Position numbers and translations under genes: made by a program. DNA of 64,000 nt from the human T2T-CHM13v2.0 reference genome, Homo sapiens, in the NCBI RefSeq assembly GCF_009914755.1, contig NC_060926.1, one strand, 5' to 3'. The notes under the pieces are model-generated. The model had not been told where the DNA came from. It ran no database searches and was given only the letters and a program-made list of their open reading frames with translations. Position 1 is the stretch's first letter, and each line of letters opens with the position of its first letter. Below are positions 40,270 through 58,419 of this stretch, piece after piece.

Positions 40270-43055
40270 GATGCAGAACTACTGTTATGCCAGAGAAAGT
40301 AAATTTATTTCTACACCCAAATTGGCCCCCAAAACAACCTCTGGCAGTGCTCTGGAAATCAGCCAAAGTCATACATTAAAGTGAGCAGTCTTTAATTATG
40401 AACAGTTATAAAACTGGGTAAGAACAGAGGGAATCTTTGATGTTCTTTCCTGAGACTGCTCCCATTATTCCCTTCTATCCCCTAGAATAGTCAAAGTGTT
40501 AGCTGTAATGAGGAGATACAAGATACGGACACCAGAAGTTTTGCTGCCAAACAGGGCTCAATTGATTTGGCACAGAGCACAAAAATGACCACATCCAACA
40601 ATGTTGTTAGTAACAGCAGTAACCTCCATGTCCAACAAATAGGGATGGTCAGCATCTCAGTAAGCCTGAGGTCAGTGCAGAAACACACCAGCAAATAAGC
40701 CACACATTTAACAGGGTGATCCAGAGAATGAGATAGGCATGGAAGGCCTTTATAAGCTCTCCATTTATATCAGACTTTCTGGAAGATTGTGTGCACATGC
40801 AGGAGAGAACAGATGAGATGCAAGCTAACCACATACCTTTGGGGAACATGGAGCTGTGTTCACACAAAAAAGAGATGCAAGAAACTGCCTGAACTTTATG
40901 AGCCCTCCAAATCACACACAGTTCCACCTGCAGAGGGTAACATTTTTACTGACTTGAGATGTCTAATCGCTGACTGACCAATAAGCCATGCAGTTACAAG
41001 GGTAAAACCTGAGAAGCCAGGCTTAAAAATAAAAACAAGAATTTTAAGAAGTTGCTCTGTAGAGACACTACAGAGGATGTGATTTAGGCAGGTTTTTTTA
41101 AAAAAGTTAAAAAAGAAAAACAAAATTGAAGAAAAAGGGAGTCAAGAGTTGCTATAGTATATTATCTGAAATGTTCAACTTTCAATAAAACATTGCAGGA
41201 TATGCAAAGAACAGGAAAATGTGGGCCATACTCTGGAAAACAAAAACAGTCACTTGATATAGTCTTTGAGTGGCTCAGATGTTGTACTTAACAGAAAAAA
41301 ATACTGCAAAGCAGCTGTTTATACATATGTGTAAATACCAAAAGGAAAGTATGTTTAAAGAATTAAAGGAAAGTGTAACAATAATGTCTCAATAAATAAA
41401 TTATCTCAATAAAGAAATAGAAATTATAAAAAGAATCAAATGGAAATTCTGGAGTTGAAACATATAATAACTATAATAAAAAACTTCACTAGAAGAACTC
41501 AATAGGAAATTAAGGATGGCAGAAAAATAGTCATTTAAAGATAGATTAATAGGAATACTCAAGTAAAGAATAGAGGGTAAAAGAAAAATTAAAGAAGTTT
41601 AGAGATTCATGGGACCATATCAAACATACCAATATATGTGTAATAAAAGTCCTTGGCGGAGACAAATAGAGAAGGTGGAGAAAAATATATTTGAATAAAG
41701 AATGTCCTAAAGTTTCCAAATAATTCATTAATTTTATTAAAACAATCTACACATCCAAAATGTTCAATAATCCTCTTATTAGATAATTGCATAGAAAATC
41801 AAACCTAGATATATCATAGTGAAACGTTTAAAAATCAAACACTATGCAAAAATCTTGACAAAGGCAAGAGAAAAATGACTCATCAATAGAGATCCAGAAA
41901 TAAAATTAAGAAAATTCACTCTCAATAGCACCAAAATAAATAAAATATTTAAAAACAAATTTAACAAAAGAGGTATACTTGCACACAAAACATTACTACA
42001 AAACATTACTGAGAGAAAACTACAAAACATTACCGAGAGAATTAAAAAGATGAACTAAATGGAGAGATGTTCTGTGTTTATGCATTAGAACACTTAAGGT
42101 ATTCCAGATGCCAATTCTTTTTTATTTGAACTATTGATTAAATACAGTCTTTATCAATACTGAAGCTGGCATTTGAACTTTTTTTGGTAGTGCAAGCCCT
42201 GAATAGCAAAAGCAACTTTTAAGAGAAGAACAATGTTCAAATACACATACTACACAACATTAAAACATAAAGGTACAATAATCTACACGGTGTGATACTG
42301 GCATAAGAGCAGGCATATAGATCAATGGAATTGGCCTGAGAGTCCAGAAACAAATCCTTACATTTCTGGTCACCTAATTTCTAACAAATCTCCCATTATA
42401 AGTCAATGGGGAAAGGATAGTCTTTTCAACAAATGGTTCTGGGTCAAATGAATTTTCACAAGCAAAATAATGAATGTAAGTTTCACCTCACACCACACGC
42501 AAAAATTAATGCAAATGAATCATAGACCTAAACGTAAAAGTGAAAACTGTAAATCTTCTAGAAAAAAGATAGAAGACATTTTTGCATCCTCGGGTTAAAC
42601 AAAGATATGACACCAAAAGCACAATTCATAACAGAAAGAAATGATACACTGGACTTCATCAAAATTAAAAAGAGATAAAAAGTCCTCTCTTTAAAAAAAA
42701 AAGAAAAAAAGAAAAGACAAGGCATAGACTGAAGGAAAATATTTGCAAACCATATGTCTGTTTAAAGACTTGTATCCAGAATATGCAAATAACTCTTGCA
42801 ATTCAATAATAAGACAAAGAGCAGCTTAAAAAAAAACATGCAAAAGAGTTCTGCTCTTGACCAAAGAAGGTATAGAAATGACAGATAGACACATGAAAAG
42901 ATTCTCAGCATCATTAGTCATTAGAGAAATAAAAATTAAAACCACAGTAAGATACAACTACACACACTCTAGAATGGCTATAACCAAAAAGACAGACGTT
43001 ACAAGTGTTGACAAAGACAATTGAGAAACTGGCTTTCTCAGAAGTTGGTGGTAAT
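40270..43055 (+). mobile_element. Old L1M 5' region/ORF1 and ORF2 fragments
   Basis: aatcaaatggaaattctggagttgaaa (ORF1 region); caatggggaaaggatagtcttttcaacaaatgg (ORF2). Confidence 0.72.
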
Positions 43056-45534
43056 GGATTTTTTATTTACAACTTTTAGGACTAAATATACAATTAAAAA
43101 TATGCACTATTGGCTTCAACATTGTAAATTAAACTCCATGAATATTTTCCATATTCCTTCAATTAGTCATTAGACATGAGGAGACTTCAAAACATATGAG
43201 TATAATCCTGGAAAAATCTCAACAATATACTTAGAGGAAAGCCTTGCTGCAGGGTTTTGAAACTATCTTGTTTCAGTATTCAGGGTCATGGAGAGTGAGC
43301 CAAGGTGGGGTGGTAAGGTAGAGAACCAACTAGTGGGACTCAGCAATGCCCTCTCTCTCTCCACACTCTTCCCCCTCACTTGAACCAGAACAGCACTATT
43401 ATGGTATCTTCACCTTGATCATGTATGTATCAGGTTACATATAGAGGAATTAGATTAAAAGAGAGGCACATCACACTGCTAAGGCCTGAATCACGCAATT
43501 CCCTTGAGATGGAGATAGGGATATGAGGATGCCTTCTGAGTGTTTATACCCCTTTCCCTGGAAATCTAAGAATTCACACAGAAAGTGTTTTTCTTAAGGA
43601 GCAGGATAATCTGTGCTACTTCACTAATTTCACCTTTATTCAATAGACTTTTTGGTAGTTTGCTTAATTTGATATGAACCTGCAGAAAGACCAAAAGGGC
43701 CTCCATAACCCCCACTAATAGGGAAGCCCAGAGACAGTTTCTAAATATTCCTCTTGTTGCTGGAGGCTTTGCATGTATCTCCACTATTCTGTGGTCAGCC
43801 AGTGCTCACAGCAGCACTGTATTATATTTCTAGCACCCCTAGGGTAGAAGTGCAGGGGAAAATAAAGCCTCTTTAGTTCCTAATTCCAATTAAGTATTTC
43901 AAAAATCTAGTGTCCATCTATTGAAAGATTACTGTCCTGTATTTCTGTTATGAGACTCCCTTTAGGTAGTAATGTGAATAAATTATAAAGACAGTCATTT
44001 CCATGATGCTTACTTATTCAGACACGGATGATTGGAGGTGATCCTTATGGGTAAAATACATATGACAAAAACCCTTCAGAGAAAAAGTGGCTTTTATGAC
44101 TCATTTATGTCCTCATCACAATTCTAAAGCATTCCAATAGGTACATTCAAATATCATAGTAGGAATACAACTAATGCTATAGCATTTTATTTTATTTATT
44201 TATTTAAGTTACAGAAACAAAGGAAATTCCTCTTTTCTAAGCAATATCAAGTATCTTGAAACATGCTGATACATCTTTCAATCTACTGTGTAGCCTTTTG
44301 GAAAAAATATAAACGAAAAGTTTTGTATTGACTGTAACTGTCTCTAACGTTGACAGAGTTTCTTATATAGAAATCTATTCTCATCAGTAAAAAAAACGCT
44401 TCTACCCATTTTCACAGAGGTCTATTGGACAGATAGTGAAATGATGCTGAGAAGGCTTTTCAGCTTCCTCAATAGCTTAATTTCAATGGCCTTATGCCAC
44501 TAATAGTCCTTACTAAACAAACAAAAATATTCTATCACCTCACATAAGCCTGGATCGTATTTGATCCACATAAGATTATAGCAGTCATTAGAGGAGGGAT
44601 GCCAATGATTAGAGTCTATATGAAGAATAGCAGCTTCATTGCCAGCCTTTGGGGCCTCTCCAATAAATGAAAACTTCTACAATTAGTCAACAGGCTATTC
44701 ATTTAGGAAGATTTTTGTTGAGGCTCACCAGGGTCTTTCTTCTGGTGAGAAGAAGTAGTGAACGAGTTTCAGAACAGAGTCATGAAGTGTATAGGAATCC
44801 AATGGAAGATAGTAGTAGGGGGAATTTGTCATTTTCAATAACTACATTATGTCGTACCAAAGGAAAAGATGGACAACATTTATGGTTTCTTTTTTCGTTA
44901 GCTTAAACCAGAGAGTAACTGGAGAGCACCAGTTTCTCAAAATTTTCTCAAGAAAAAATTAAAACCTGAGGTTACATGGTCAACTATTTTAGGAAATGCT
45001 TCCTCAAAATCAGTCATGTTAGCTAACCAAAGATTCTCTGATATTCTTCCTTAAAGAAATGTACTCATGCCTAGACCTGCATCTTCCAAACTGAAGTAGC
45101 CATAGGACAATTTTATTTTTTCATCATAATACAGATCAATTTGAGGAAAACTGGCATAAGCCTTATTTTCTTCTCATTCTCAGGCTTCAACAAATAGAAA
45201 TCAATTAAACTCCGTTACTATCTTTTTTGCTGTCCTTGTATTTATTATTCATTAATGATGCTTTATTAGTGTGTTCAGTTATGATTGTATTCTACATGAT
45301 ATGCCTATCCTAGAAGAAATTGTATAAGGTTGTCACCACTAAGGCTGTACGGAAGATTCCGTCCTGTGGATGTGACTAATGGCATGAATATGACGTCCAC
45401 ACGGTGGCCAGATAGCTAGTGGTAGCCACCCAGGTACCCAGAACCTGTTTTAGTGAGTGAGAAGGGATCTACAGAGGAGTTGAGTCTGATCTAAGAAAGG
45501 AAGAGAAAAGGATCCATGCTGTGCATTCAGAGGC

Positions 45535-46180
45535 ACTATAGGAACAGAGACAGAGCATGAACTTTGGAGTCATGGATAATTGCATTTGAATTGCATTCCA
45601 GTTGCACTGCTTGCTTACCAGCGGTATGGTTTCAGGCAAATTATTTTATTTCACGAGGACTTTGGTTGTCTTATCTGTAGAATAAGAATAATGACACTAC
45701 CTCATTGCAATAGGCTGTTCTCGCATTCCTATAAAGAAATACCTGAGACTGGGCAATTTATAAAGAAAAGAGGTTTAATTGGCTCACAGTTTCTGCAGGT
45801 TGTACAAGAAGTATGGCAGCATCTGCTTACGGGTTGGCCTCAGGGAGCTTTTACTCATAGCCAAAGGCAGAGCAGGAGCAGGCAGCTTACATAGCAGGAG
45901 AAGGAACAAGAGAGAGAAGTGGGAAGTGCTACACACTTTTAAACAAACACATCTCATGAGAACTCACACACCATCAAGAGAACAGCACTGGTGCTAAACC
46001 ATTCATGAGAAAAATGCTCCCGTGATCCAATCACCTCCCACCCACCAGACCCCTCCTCCGTCTTTGGGGATTACAGTTCGATGTGAGATTTGGGCATGCA
46101 CACAGGTCGAAACCATATCACTCAATATTTGGAAAGGTAAAAAAAGTAATGAATATAAAGCATTCGATACATAATACATT
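45535..46180 (+). mobile_element. MIR interrupted by an MST LTR
   Basis: agagcatgaactttggagtc...cttatctgtagaataagaataatga; resumes after 46120. Confidence 0.7.
45706..46120 (-). mobile_element. MSTA/MSTB MaLR solo LTR
   Basis: ataaagaaatacctgagactggg...aagaaaagaggtttaattggctcacag...aaaccatatca; TSD ctcat/ctcaa. Confidence 0.9.
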
Positions 46181-48991
46181 TCTTTCTTCTCATTCCTTCC
46201 TCCTCTTTTGTCCTAGTCATGCAGAGCACTGAACAATAGCAAAAAGTTCAATACATATGCTACCTCATATCCTTTGGGCAATTAGGCCATTGTCCAATCC
46301 AGTAGCACTGATTACAAAAAGGAATACAAAGATACTCAAGAAGATATTTGCTCTTAAATGGGTTTTGTAATATTACTCAGGGAGAATAGAGTAAATTTAT
46401 TAAGGAATATTATCTCTGATTGCAGTTACTCATTCAGCCTTTAATATAACACTTTATTCAGGTGATACTTTTAGCTCATTACCCATAACTATAATAATGT
46501 TACTATTAAATGAAGATAGTTTATAGATGAGTGAAATATAAAGGAAATAACTTACAAAGATCATTTTCTTAAAGCAGTACAAAGAAATCATTTCCCAGTG
46601 TAGTTAGAGGCAATACAGGGGATATGTTTTATACACTAAATTATGAGATCTTACGAGATTCTTAATATTTACCAATTTTGACACAAGAGATATTTCAGAC
46701 ATACTATCTTAAAAAGTATTAACATATTTTGCATTCTAAAGAGAAAAAGGCTATCAGCAGTAAAAAGCATTGAATCACAGGACTCATTTCAATTCCAGAG
46801 GCACAACGGACATCAGATTAAATGTTTGCTTTTTTCATATGATCCTAAATTATCACAGTTGTTTTTCTTTGATCATTTTCAAGCAAGAGTAGCTTTAAGA
46901 GAAAAGAAGAAAAGAGAATAATACAGCTGTGTTATAGAGAAGGCAAATTTCTGATAACTTTCCTAAGAATTTCTTTTCCTAACTTCCATTATTGTTACCT
47001 AACAGCCTCCAAATTAAGCCACGGAATTTTCCTCTAGCTCCATTCTTCTTTTTCATAATGGAGAGTCTCTGGCCTCATCTTTAATAGCACATCAACCAAT
47101 CCACACTCACCTCGAGGATTACCAGCTCTCAACGGAGCAATCACTTCTGGCTTTAAATTGTAACAGCCACAGCTAAAGCTGCTGCCATTGTGACTTATGA
47201 GTTGACTTCTCTCCTGCGTGCTCCTTCAGGTGGATGGATTAACAAATAGAAACCCATCATTTTGTGAATCTCCAGTGTGTATAGTGAAACTGTTGAAAGT
47301 CAGTGATGGTAAAACCTGCCTGAAATGATAGATGTTTGCATATCTTTTTTATTTTCTCTTTCAAACAGTATTGTAAATCTATCAATGCTAAAACTTATGG
47401 ACTATGAGTGACATTGAAGTAACTACAATGAAATAGATCTATTTTTCTTGGATAAAATTTTTCCTTTTCTTTAGGTATAACTGTATAATTCTTACCAAGA
47501 ATTACCTTTTCATAAACAGAAATCATCTTATCCTCTTTAACACATCAGTGATCAAGGTATTTTTTAATGTACAGTATTAAAAAGCACTGCATATGTTCCT
47601 ACTGTTTCATCAATAAAAACATAAAAGTACTGGAAAACTTGTTTCTTAGACTTAAAACCTTCGAATTTGTAAGTTTTAATTTTTGCCTACATCAAAAAAT
47701 TAGTATATCTTTGTACTAACAATTAATGAGACGGGGAAGTCAGCTCGGATTAAAGGGATTATCATGACGCACATAATAAAAACAAGTATGTTTTTAAAAA
47801 TGTAAAATGAACTAGAAAACAATTATTAGGGACTTCCATTATAGTTACCTAGACCATGCACCCCATAATAACAATATTATGTCTCCTGAATTTCTCTATC
47901 TTCATTTCTCTATCTTCAGTTCCTAACACAGTGTTACACAGTCATTACCCCTTGTTAAGTCAATGATCACTTCTCTGAATTTAACTAATGAAATCCCCTA
48001 ACACATACACATACATACACAAGTGCATATTTGTTTCAAAAAATAGTTAAGTGTACTGGAGATCACAAACTTAAATATGTACGGGGTTCAGGCAGACAAA
48101 ATAATAAGTGAGATGGGAATGGTAAAACAATTGCCCCTGTCTGCTCATCTTTTATTTTCCCACTTTTGAATGAGACACTAATTCAATTAAAATGTTCCTT
48201 TTCTCCAAACCCTTATTTTAAGAAAAGCAAAGTAAAAAGATCTGAGGTAAATGCAAAGTGACCGTGATACTTGCCGTCAGTCTCAGGAAAATGAGAACAG
48301 ATGATAAGGTCTATGGTTCCACATTGAAAGGGAGCAAGTGATTATTCAACCCCTCCAATTATTCTCCTGCGGAAACCAATAAACATATAGGCCAGCTTTT
48401 CAACTTTCATGAGAAATCTGAACGATTATGTAAAATCTGACTTTAAGATGTTTATATATGCCAAAACTCGGTTACTCAAAGAAAACAGATCTGCTGATGG
48501 AATCTGTCTCATGAAACATCACTTTACTGCCAAGAGAGCAATCTCAAATCTGGGTAATGCCAGAGGACCGAGTAAATAGGATTTGAAGCCTCACTCAAAG
48601 TGCGTTACCAACAATACTAACAAGGATAAATCATAGTGTATTTTTCTAATTTGTAATAGAGATTTACACTCACATAATTAGCATAAATTATTAAGATAAA
48701 AATAAAATGATATCCTTCCACCCAGGATTATATTCCCAAGATATAATACCTTAGAGATGTGGAGAAAAGAGAACAGACAAATGGGCCAAAATTGAGGCTC
48801 ACACTGCCTTGGTCGCAGCCCAACAAGACATAGTAAGTGACAGTTACTGAATTATTTATTTTTTCAAAATAAAAGACTGCTCTTTCTATAATAATGCTGT
48901 GTTTACTTTTATTTTAAGTACTTTCTTAAGTAGGTAAATTAAAAGACTGCAGTTAAAAGTATTCAACCAAGAATTAAGAAGTTAATGTGGC

Positions 48992-48994
<3 letters not shown>

Positions 48995-49036
<42 letters not shown>
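48995..49036. repeat. (TA)n microsatellite
   Basis: About 21 TA units. Confidence 0.95.
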
Positions 49037-49039
<3 letters not shown>

Positions 49040-50669
49040 ATAAATATGTATATATTGCAATATATAAAGGTGTAAGGTGTTCTGGTTCAGCAAGAAAATA
49101 GTAAGAGAAACAATAATGTTTATTTCGTTTTGCTTACTCATAATACCAGCACAAAATGAAAAAGTGCTTATTCCCAGAGGATCACAATTGTGTAATTACA
49201 TATATCATTAAATAAAGTTTTACTTTTATTATTCAACTTTCATGGCAAATGCAAAACAAATACAGAAAAGATTACATATGTAGGCCTGGGATATAGTAAG
49301 CACTCAGTGTATATTTTGTTGAAATATTGACTGGATTATCTTACTAGGTTCAACAAAAGATTATATATTTGCCTAAGACATCTATAACTAAAATTATACA
49401 AACATATATTTGGATCTGTATGACCATCTAGAAGCCATTAATTATAGACTTATTGCAGCTAAAAGAAATCAATCTGAATAGAAAGATTAAAATAACTGAA
49501 AACAAATAAAAACTCTAGGTCAAATAGCTGTACTATTTGGATCAAAGTTGAACCCTTTGCATATGAAATAAATTTATGTTTATTAATGTAGGATATCTCT
49601 AAAACTATTTTGCATTAGGAATATAGTATGTTTGTCTTTAATAAAATTTGAAAACCCTGTAGTAAATTGATTTATTTTAAGGAATTAATTCACAGTATAA
49701 ATGGCTTTAGTATTAATTTCTGTTAATTTTTATTTCAAATATCTTCTGTATATCTACACCTATTTAGGTTTTGAAGCACTGGTTAAATAATGGTAAAGAT
49801 AAGATTTATTTCAATTTTCTTCCTTAGTGAGCAGCAGTGTTTAATGTCAAAAACATTTACTAATAGAATGTATTTACCTTCTACATGAACAGACTAAACA
49901 GATGACAATAATCATTTACGGTATGCAGCACATGATGCCCAGTCCAGATGATTCTCAATGTGACTAAGGAATGATTAATGTCTCTACTGCTATGGATTAG
50001 AGAAGACTTACCAAATGGCCCATTAGATTCACATTGACAGTACTTCTATAAAATTGAATTAAATGTAGTGTTAATGCTTATAGACTTATTCATCTTTAAA
50101 ACATCAAGATAATTGATAGAAAAATAAAGAAAACAGGTATACTGTTAGCTTCAGTTTTTATTATTCTCATGCTCTGAAAGTTTAGGATTATATGATTTTA
50201 AAGATAATAATCCTAAATAATATCTGAAGATGGGATGATATTGAGACTGGTTGATAAGGCTGAGAATGAAATAACTGTCTTCCATAGTTATGGAGAAAGT
50301 CTTCATGTCTGCTGGATTAAAGCTGAGCCTCTTCATTGCAATATTAAATTTACCTAACAGTAAACTAAAGCCTTATTTGTTCCTGACCACAAGATTGTTG
50401 GATAAAAAAGTGATTTACATATTTTTCTCTAGTTACCTCTTCACTTTTAAGTAACAAATACTAATAATAATTCATCTGAATAGGAGGAAAAAATTAAGGT
50501 TTACTCTCAAATATTTATCTTAATTGGATTTTTAATTTCCTTAAGTGAATAAAATGTTTCTTATGAGAACTTGGTACAGAGCCCTTTACCTATTGTACAT
50601 AGAAAAACATCCAGAAATCAAGAATGACTTTGGATAAAAAGATTTCATCATAAAAATATGATGTTTAAA

Positions 50670-52170
50670 TCCTGAAACCACTATACAAATATATTGAAAT
50701 GGAATAATTAAGTAAATAGATGGCACATGGTAGAAGCCAGGTTTCTCACTGTTAGAGTAGGGAGTTACAGATGAGCAAGGAGGGAAGGCTAGAATAATTC
50801 ATGTAATACTGGATTAGAGTTGTAGACAACAGTATGAACCCATTTTTGGCTTAAAATAGATATAGAAGGATATATATATACACACACACATATATATGTA
50901 TATATTCTCCCTATCTTTTCATATATACATATACACACATATATTAAAAGATAGGCAGAAGGGGGCAATTGTTTTACCATTCCCATCTCACTTATTAGGT
51001 TGTCGTCTGAACCCCATATGTATTTAAGTTTGCACCTGTAGTACACTTAAATATTTTTTTAAATAAATGCACACTTGTGTATGTAAGTGTATATGTATGT
51101 GTTGGAGGATTTCATTAGTTAAAGTAGCTGTGACTTAACCGTGTGTGTGTGTAAATAGTAGTTACTATTCACACATATTTCCAAACTTTTTTTCTGAGAG
51201 GAACTAGAAGAAATGATATCCCAGTAACAATGAGAATACCCAAAACCCATGTCTTACTTCTTCCTCCTATTCTCCAAAAAAGGAAATAGGATTTCTTGGC
51301 AAAGTGCCTTACTCTACAACAGGGGCAGGAAATATACAAGATGAACTTAGAACATATTGTGCTGGTAGGAGGTAAGAAAATGCTAAAATTAAACAAAAAC
51401 ACCCCCGCAACAATGGTGAAAGGGACACAAATAGCCACTGTAAAATCTCTTAATTCCTAAGCTGGAATACTTAGTTAACAAAATAAATAATGTAGTATTG
51501 GATTGTAACTCAGAGTATAAAATAAATATCCATGAGATAAAACCAATATGAGTAAATGAATGAACACATAAACAATAAGAAAGAATAGACAAAGTATCTA
51601 TACAAAAGAATTTCAAGTAATTTATATAAATAACCCTTCCCAAGAAGGTAGAACATAATCCTTCACCCCCTAATGTTGGCTGCAAATAGTGACTTCCTTC
51701 CAAAGAGCACAGTGTGGAAAGAAGTGTGGAGAAAATAATTTTATGCTAGAAAAGCCTGAAAAATACCACTTCAGCCAGGTGGTCAATGTCAACATTAACA
51801 GTGATAAGTCATATAATTTATCATATGATGGCATGTGCCCTTACTATGATGTGATAAGAATGGCATTTTACCTCTGTGGTAAGCCATTTCTCTTCCCCCA
51901 AACCCATGACCACAGCCTAATCATGAGAAAAATATTAAACACACAAAAATTCAGGTACGGTCAACAAAATACTGATGATTACTCTTAATGAACAACTAAT
52001 GTCTATCCAAAATAATTAAAAAGTAACAACAAGGAAATCTGATTCACCTCATAGTACAGAGGAAACTGACGTGATATGATGACTCGATGTTATTATCCTG
52101 AGTGGGATCCTGGTACACACACACACACAAAAACATATTACATGAAAACTAAGAAAATCTGAATAAAATA
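50670..52170 (+). mobile_element. L1MC/MD-type long 3'UTR
   Basis: gtgacttccttccaaagag, cagccaggtggtcaatgtcaacatt, cctgagtgggatcctgg motifs. Confidence 0.72.
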
Positions 52171-52715
52171 TGAATGTTGGAGATTAAACAACACACTTCC
52201 AAGTAACACATGTGTTGGAAGAAATTTCAAGAGAGATTTGAAAATATTTTCAACAAAATAAAAATAAAAGCATAACAACAATATTTGTGGGGTATTGCAA
52301 AGGAAGTGCTTAGAAAGAAATTTATAGAATTGAACACATATATTAGAAAATTTTAAAAAATACAATTAATTATTTAAGCATTCACCTTAGGAAATGGAAA
52401 AAGTTAACAATTTTAATCCAAAAAGTAAGTAGAAGAAAAGAAATAATGAAGGTTAGAGCAAAAAACAATAAAATCAAAAATAGAAAATCAATAGAAAAAA
52501 TCAACAAAATTAGAGCTGGCTCCTATAAAAGGTCGATAAAATTAATAAGCCTTTAAGCAGGTTAACTAACAAAAATGGGAAAGGACACAAATTACAAATA
52601 TCAGAAATGAAAGAGTGGGCATCACTACAGATCCCATGGACATAATATGATCAGGAAGGAATGCTATAAATAACTATATGACGATACATTTGATAAGCTA
52701 GATAACATGGATCAA
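52171..52715 (+). mobile_element. Old L1M ORF2 fragment (after the endonuclease), truncated at the L1PA insertion
   Basis: aaacaacacacttc...tcagaaatgaaagag...catcactacagatccca. Confidence 0.82.
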
Positions 52716-56700
<3,985 letters not shown>

Positions 56701-58419
56701 TGATTCTCTAATGGAATTAAAACAGATTTTCTTGCAATCTATTTAATCACAACAATCTGTCTGGGATTATTAAACATTCTCAATAGATTTTCTTATATAA
56801 TTCTAAGGGTGTCAACTGGACCTTTAGTATGCCCACTAAATGAGCCTTATCTATATTGCTGCCCAGTTTATACAGTATTAAATCCAGAAGCTTTCAAGAA
56901 TAACTAATGGCAGATAAAATTTCCAATTTTATGATGAATTGCATATGAGACAATTGTATCCTTTTTGAATTTTGTTTACTTAGGTTTATCTATATCCATA
57001 AGTAATTTAACATTCATTTCCAATGGCAAAATGTATACAAAAATGTGATGAGCTTTTACAATGCATCTATTGACCAGAAAATGAAAGGCATACATTAATT
57101 ATAATATACTTCTCATGGATATATAGGGGGAGAGATCAAAAAAGGTCTAAAATTACATTTTGGCATTATTATAATTGGAAGCTCAATAAGTAGTCATCAA
57201 AATGAAAGAGACATAAAAGATTGACAACATTGATTTCTGGGATTAACAGTAACCTAAACTTCTGCTTCTATTAAAAACCCACTCTCTTGTATACACTTTC
57301 ATTTGGCAGCTTTCTCTTGGAAAATATTGTAGTCACTATTTCCTAAAGGAAAACAAACATGAAACTGGGAGTAAATTTTAATTTGTTGCTTGAAAATAAG
57401 CTCACAGAAAAGTCTCCTTACCACATAAAATTCTGTAAGAAATTTGATAGAAATGCAAAATGTCAAAACAAAATATAATAGCTATTTTCATGACTCAAAC
57501 TAAACCTCAAATAGTGTTAAAATGATTTGAAAACAAAAGGTCTGTATGATGCATAATCCTATGTAATTAATGTATTATTTCTTTTTAAATATAGTTTACT
57601 AACAGTCATCCTTTATACAAAAAGCAATTGAGTATATAGTATTGATGTTAATAATGGAGCAAAGAGAGGGGAAATGTGTGATTTGGCTTCTATTTTCCTA
57701 TGAAGCATACATTTCTGTGTTGATCAGGTTACCCATGCCTAATATCTCATCTATTCTCAACAAAAAAATACAAAGAAACTTCTAGGACATTGAAATTACA
57801 CATTTTAGTGCACTTCCTGCATCTTTAAGTCAGGGTCACCTATTCTTTAGCTACCCAGATCATGCCTTTTTAACATTTCTGATCTGACCAAAACACATTT
57901 CAGTTTTATTTCACCTTGTTCCTCACATGAGAGATAAACTTTATCCTGTTTTTCAGTCCTTCCCTTAGATTTGGCATTTATATTTTATTTTTTTGGATCA
58001 CTCTTGACTTTTCTAAGAACTTTGGCCAGACATTTATTACTGAGTAATTCCTCCCATGGTGGCTCATGTTAATATAACTCAAATGCGATTTCAGATCAGA
58101 CAATTCAAAACGCATCATGTCTCCTTGGTATGTGTCAAAGTCTAGGGAGTTGGAATATAACTCAGGAAATATGGTAGGTTTTTCTTCTGCTCAGAGCTCC
58201 CACAAACATATTGGACAGTCACGCCATAATGCGAAAGGTTTCTTGTAGAAAGAAGCCTCACTTATATTTCACCATTTGCAAGGTGACTGTGTTATATTCT
58301 GGGGGAAGAAAGAGCCAGAACTTGGCGTCCTCTTCTTGACCCACTGTGGAAAAGTGAAAATAAGAACATGCAAGTGGTGGAAAGATCATGTGTATGGCAG
58401 AAGGTATCACGATGGTGTT

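Noticed and set aside
45391-45412. Second CTCF-like motif CCACACGGTGGC
   Set aside because: Mismatch at the highly conserved core A; too weak without ChIP data
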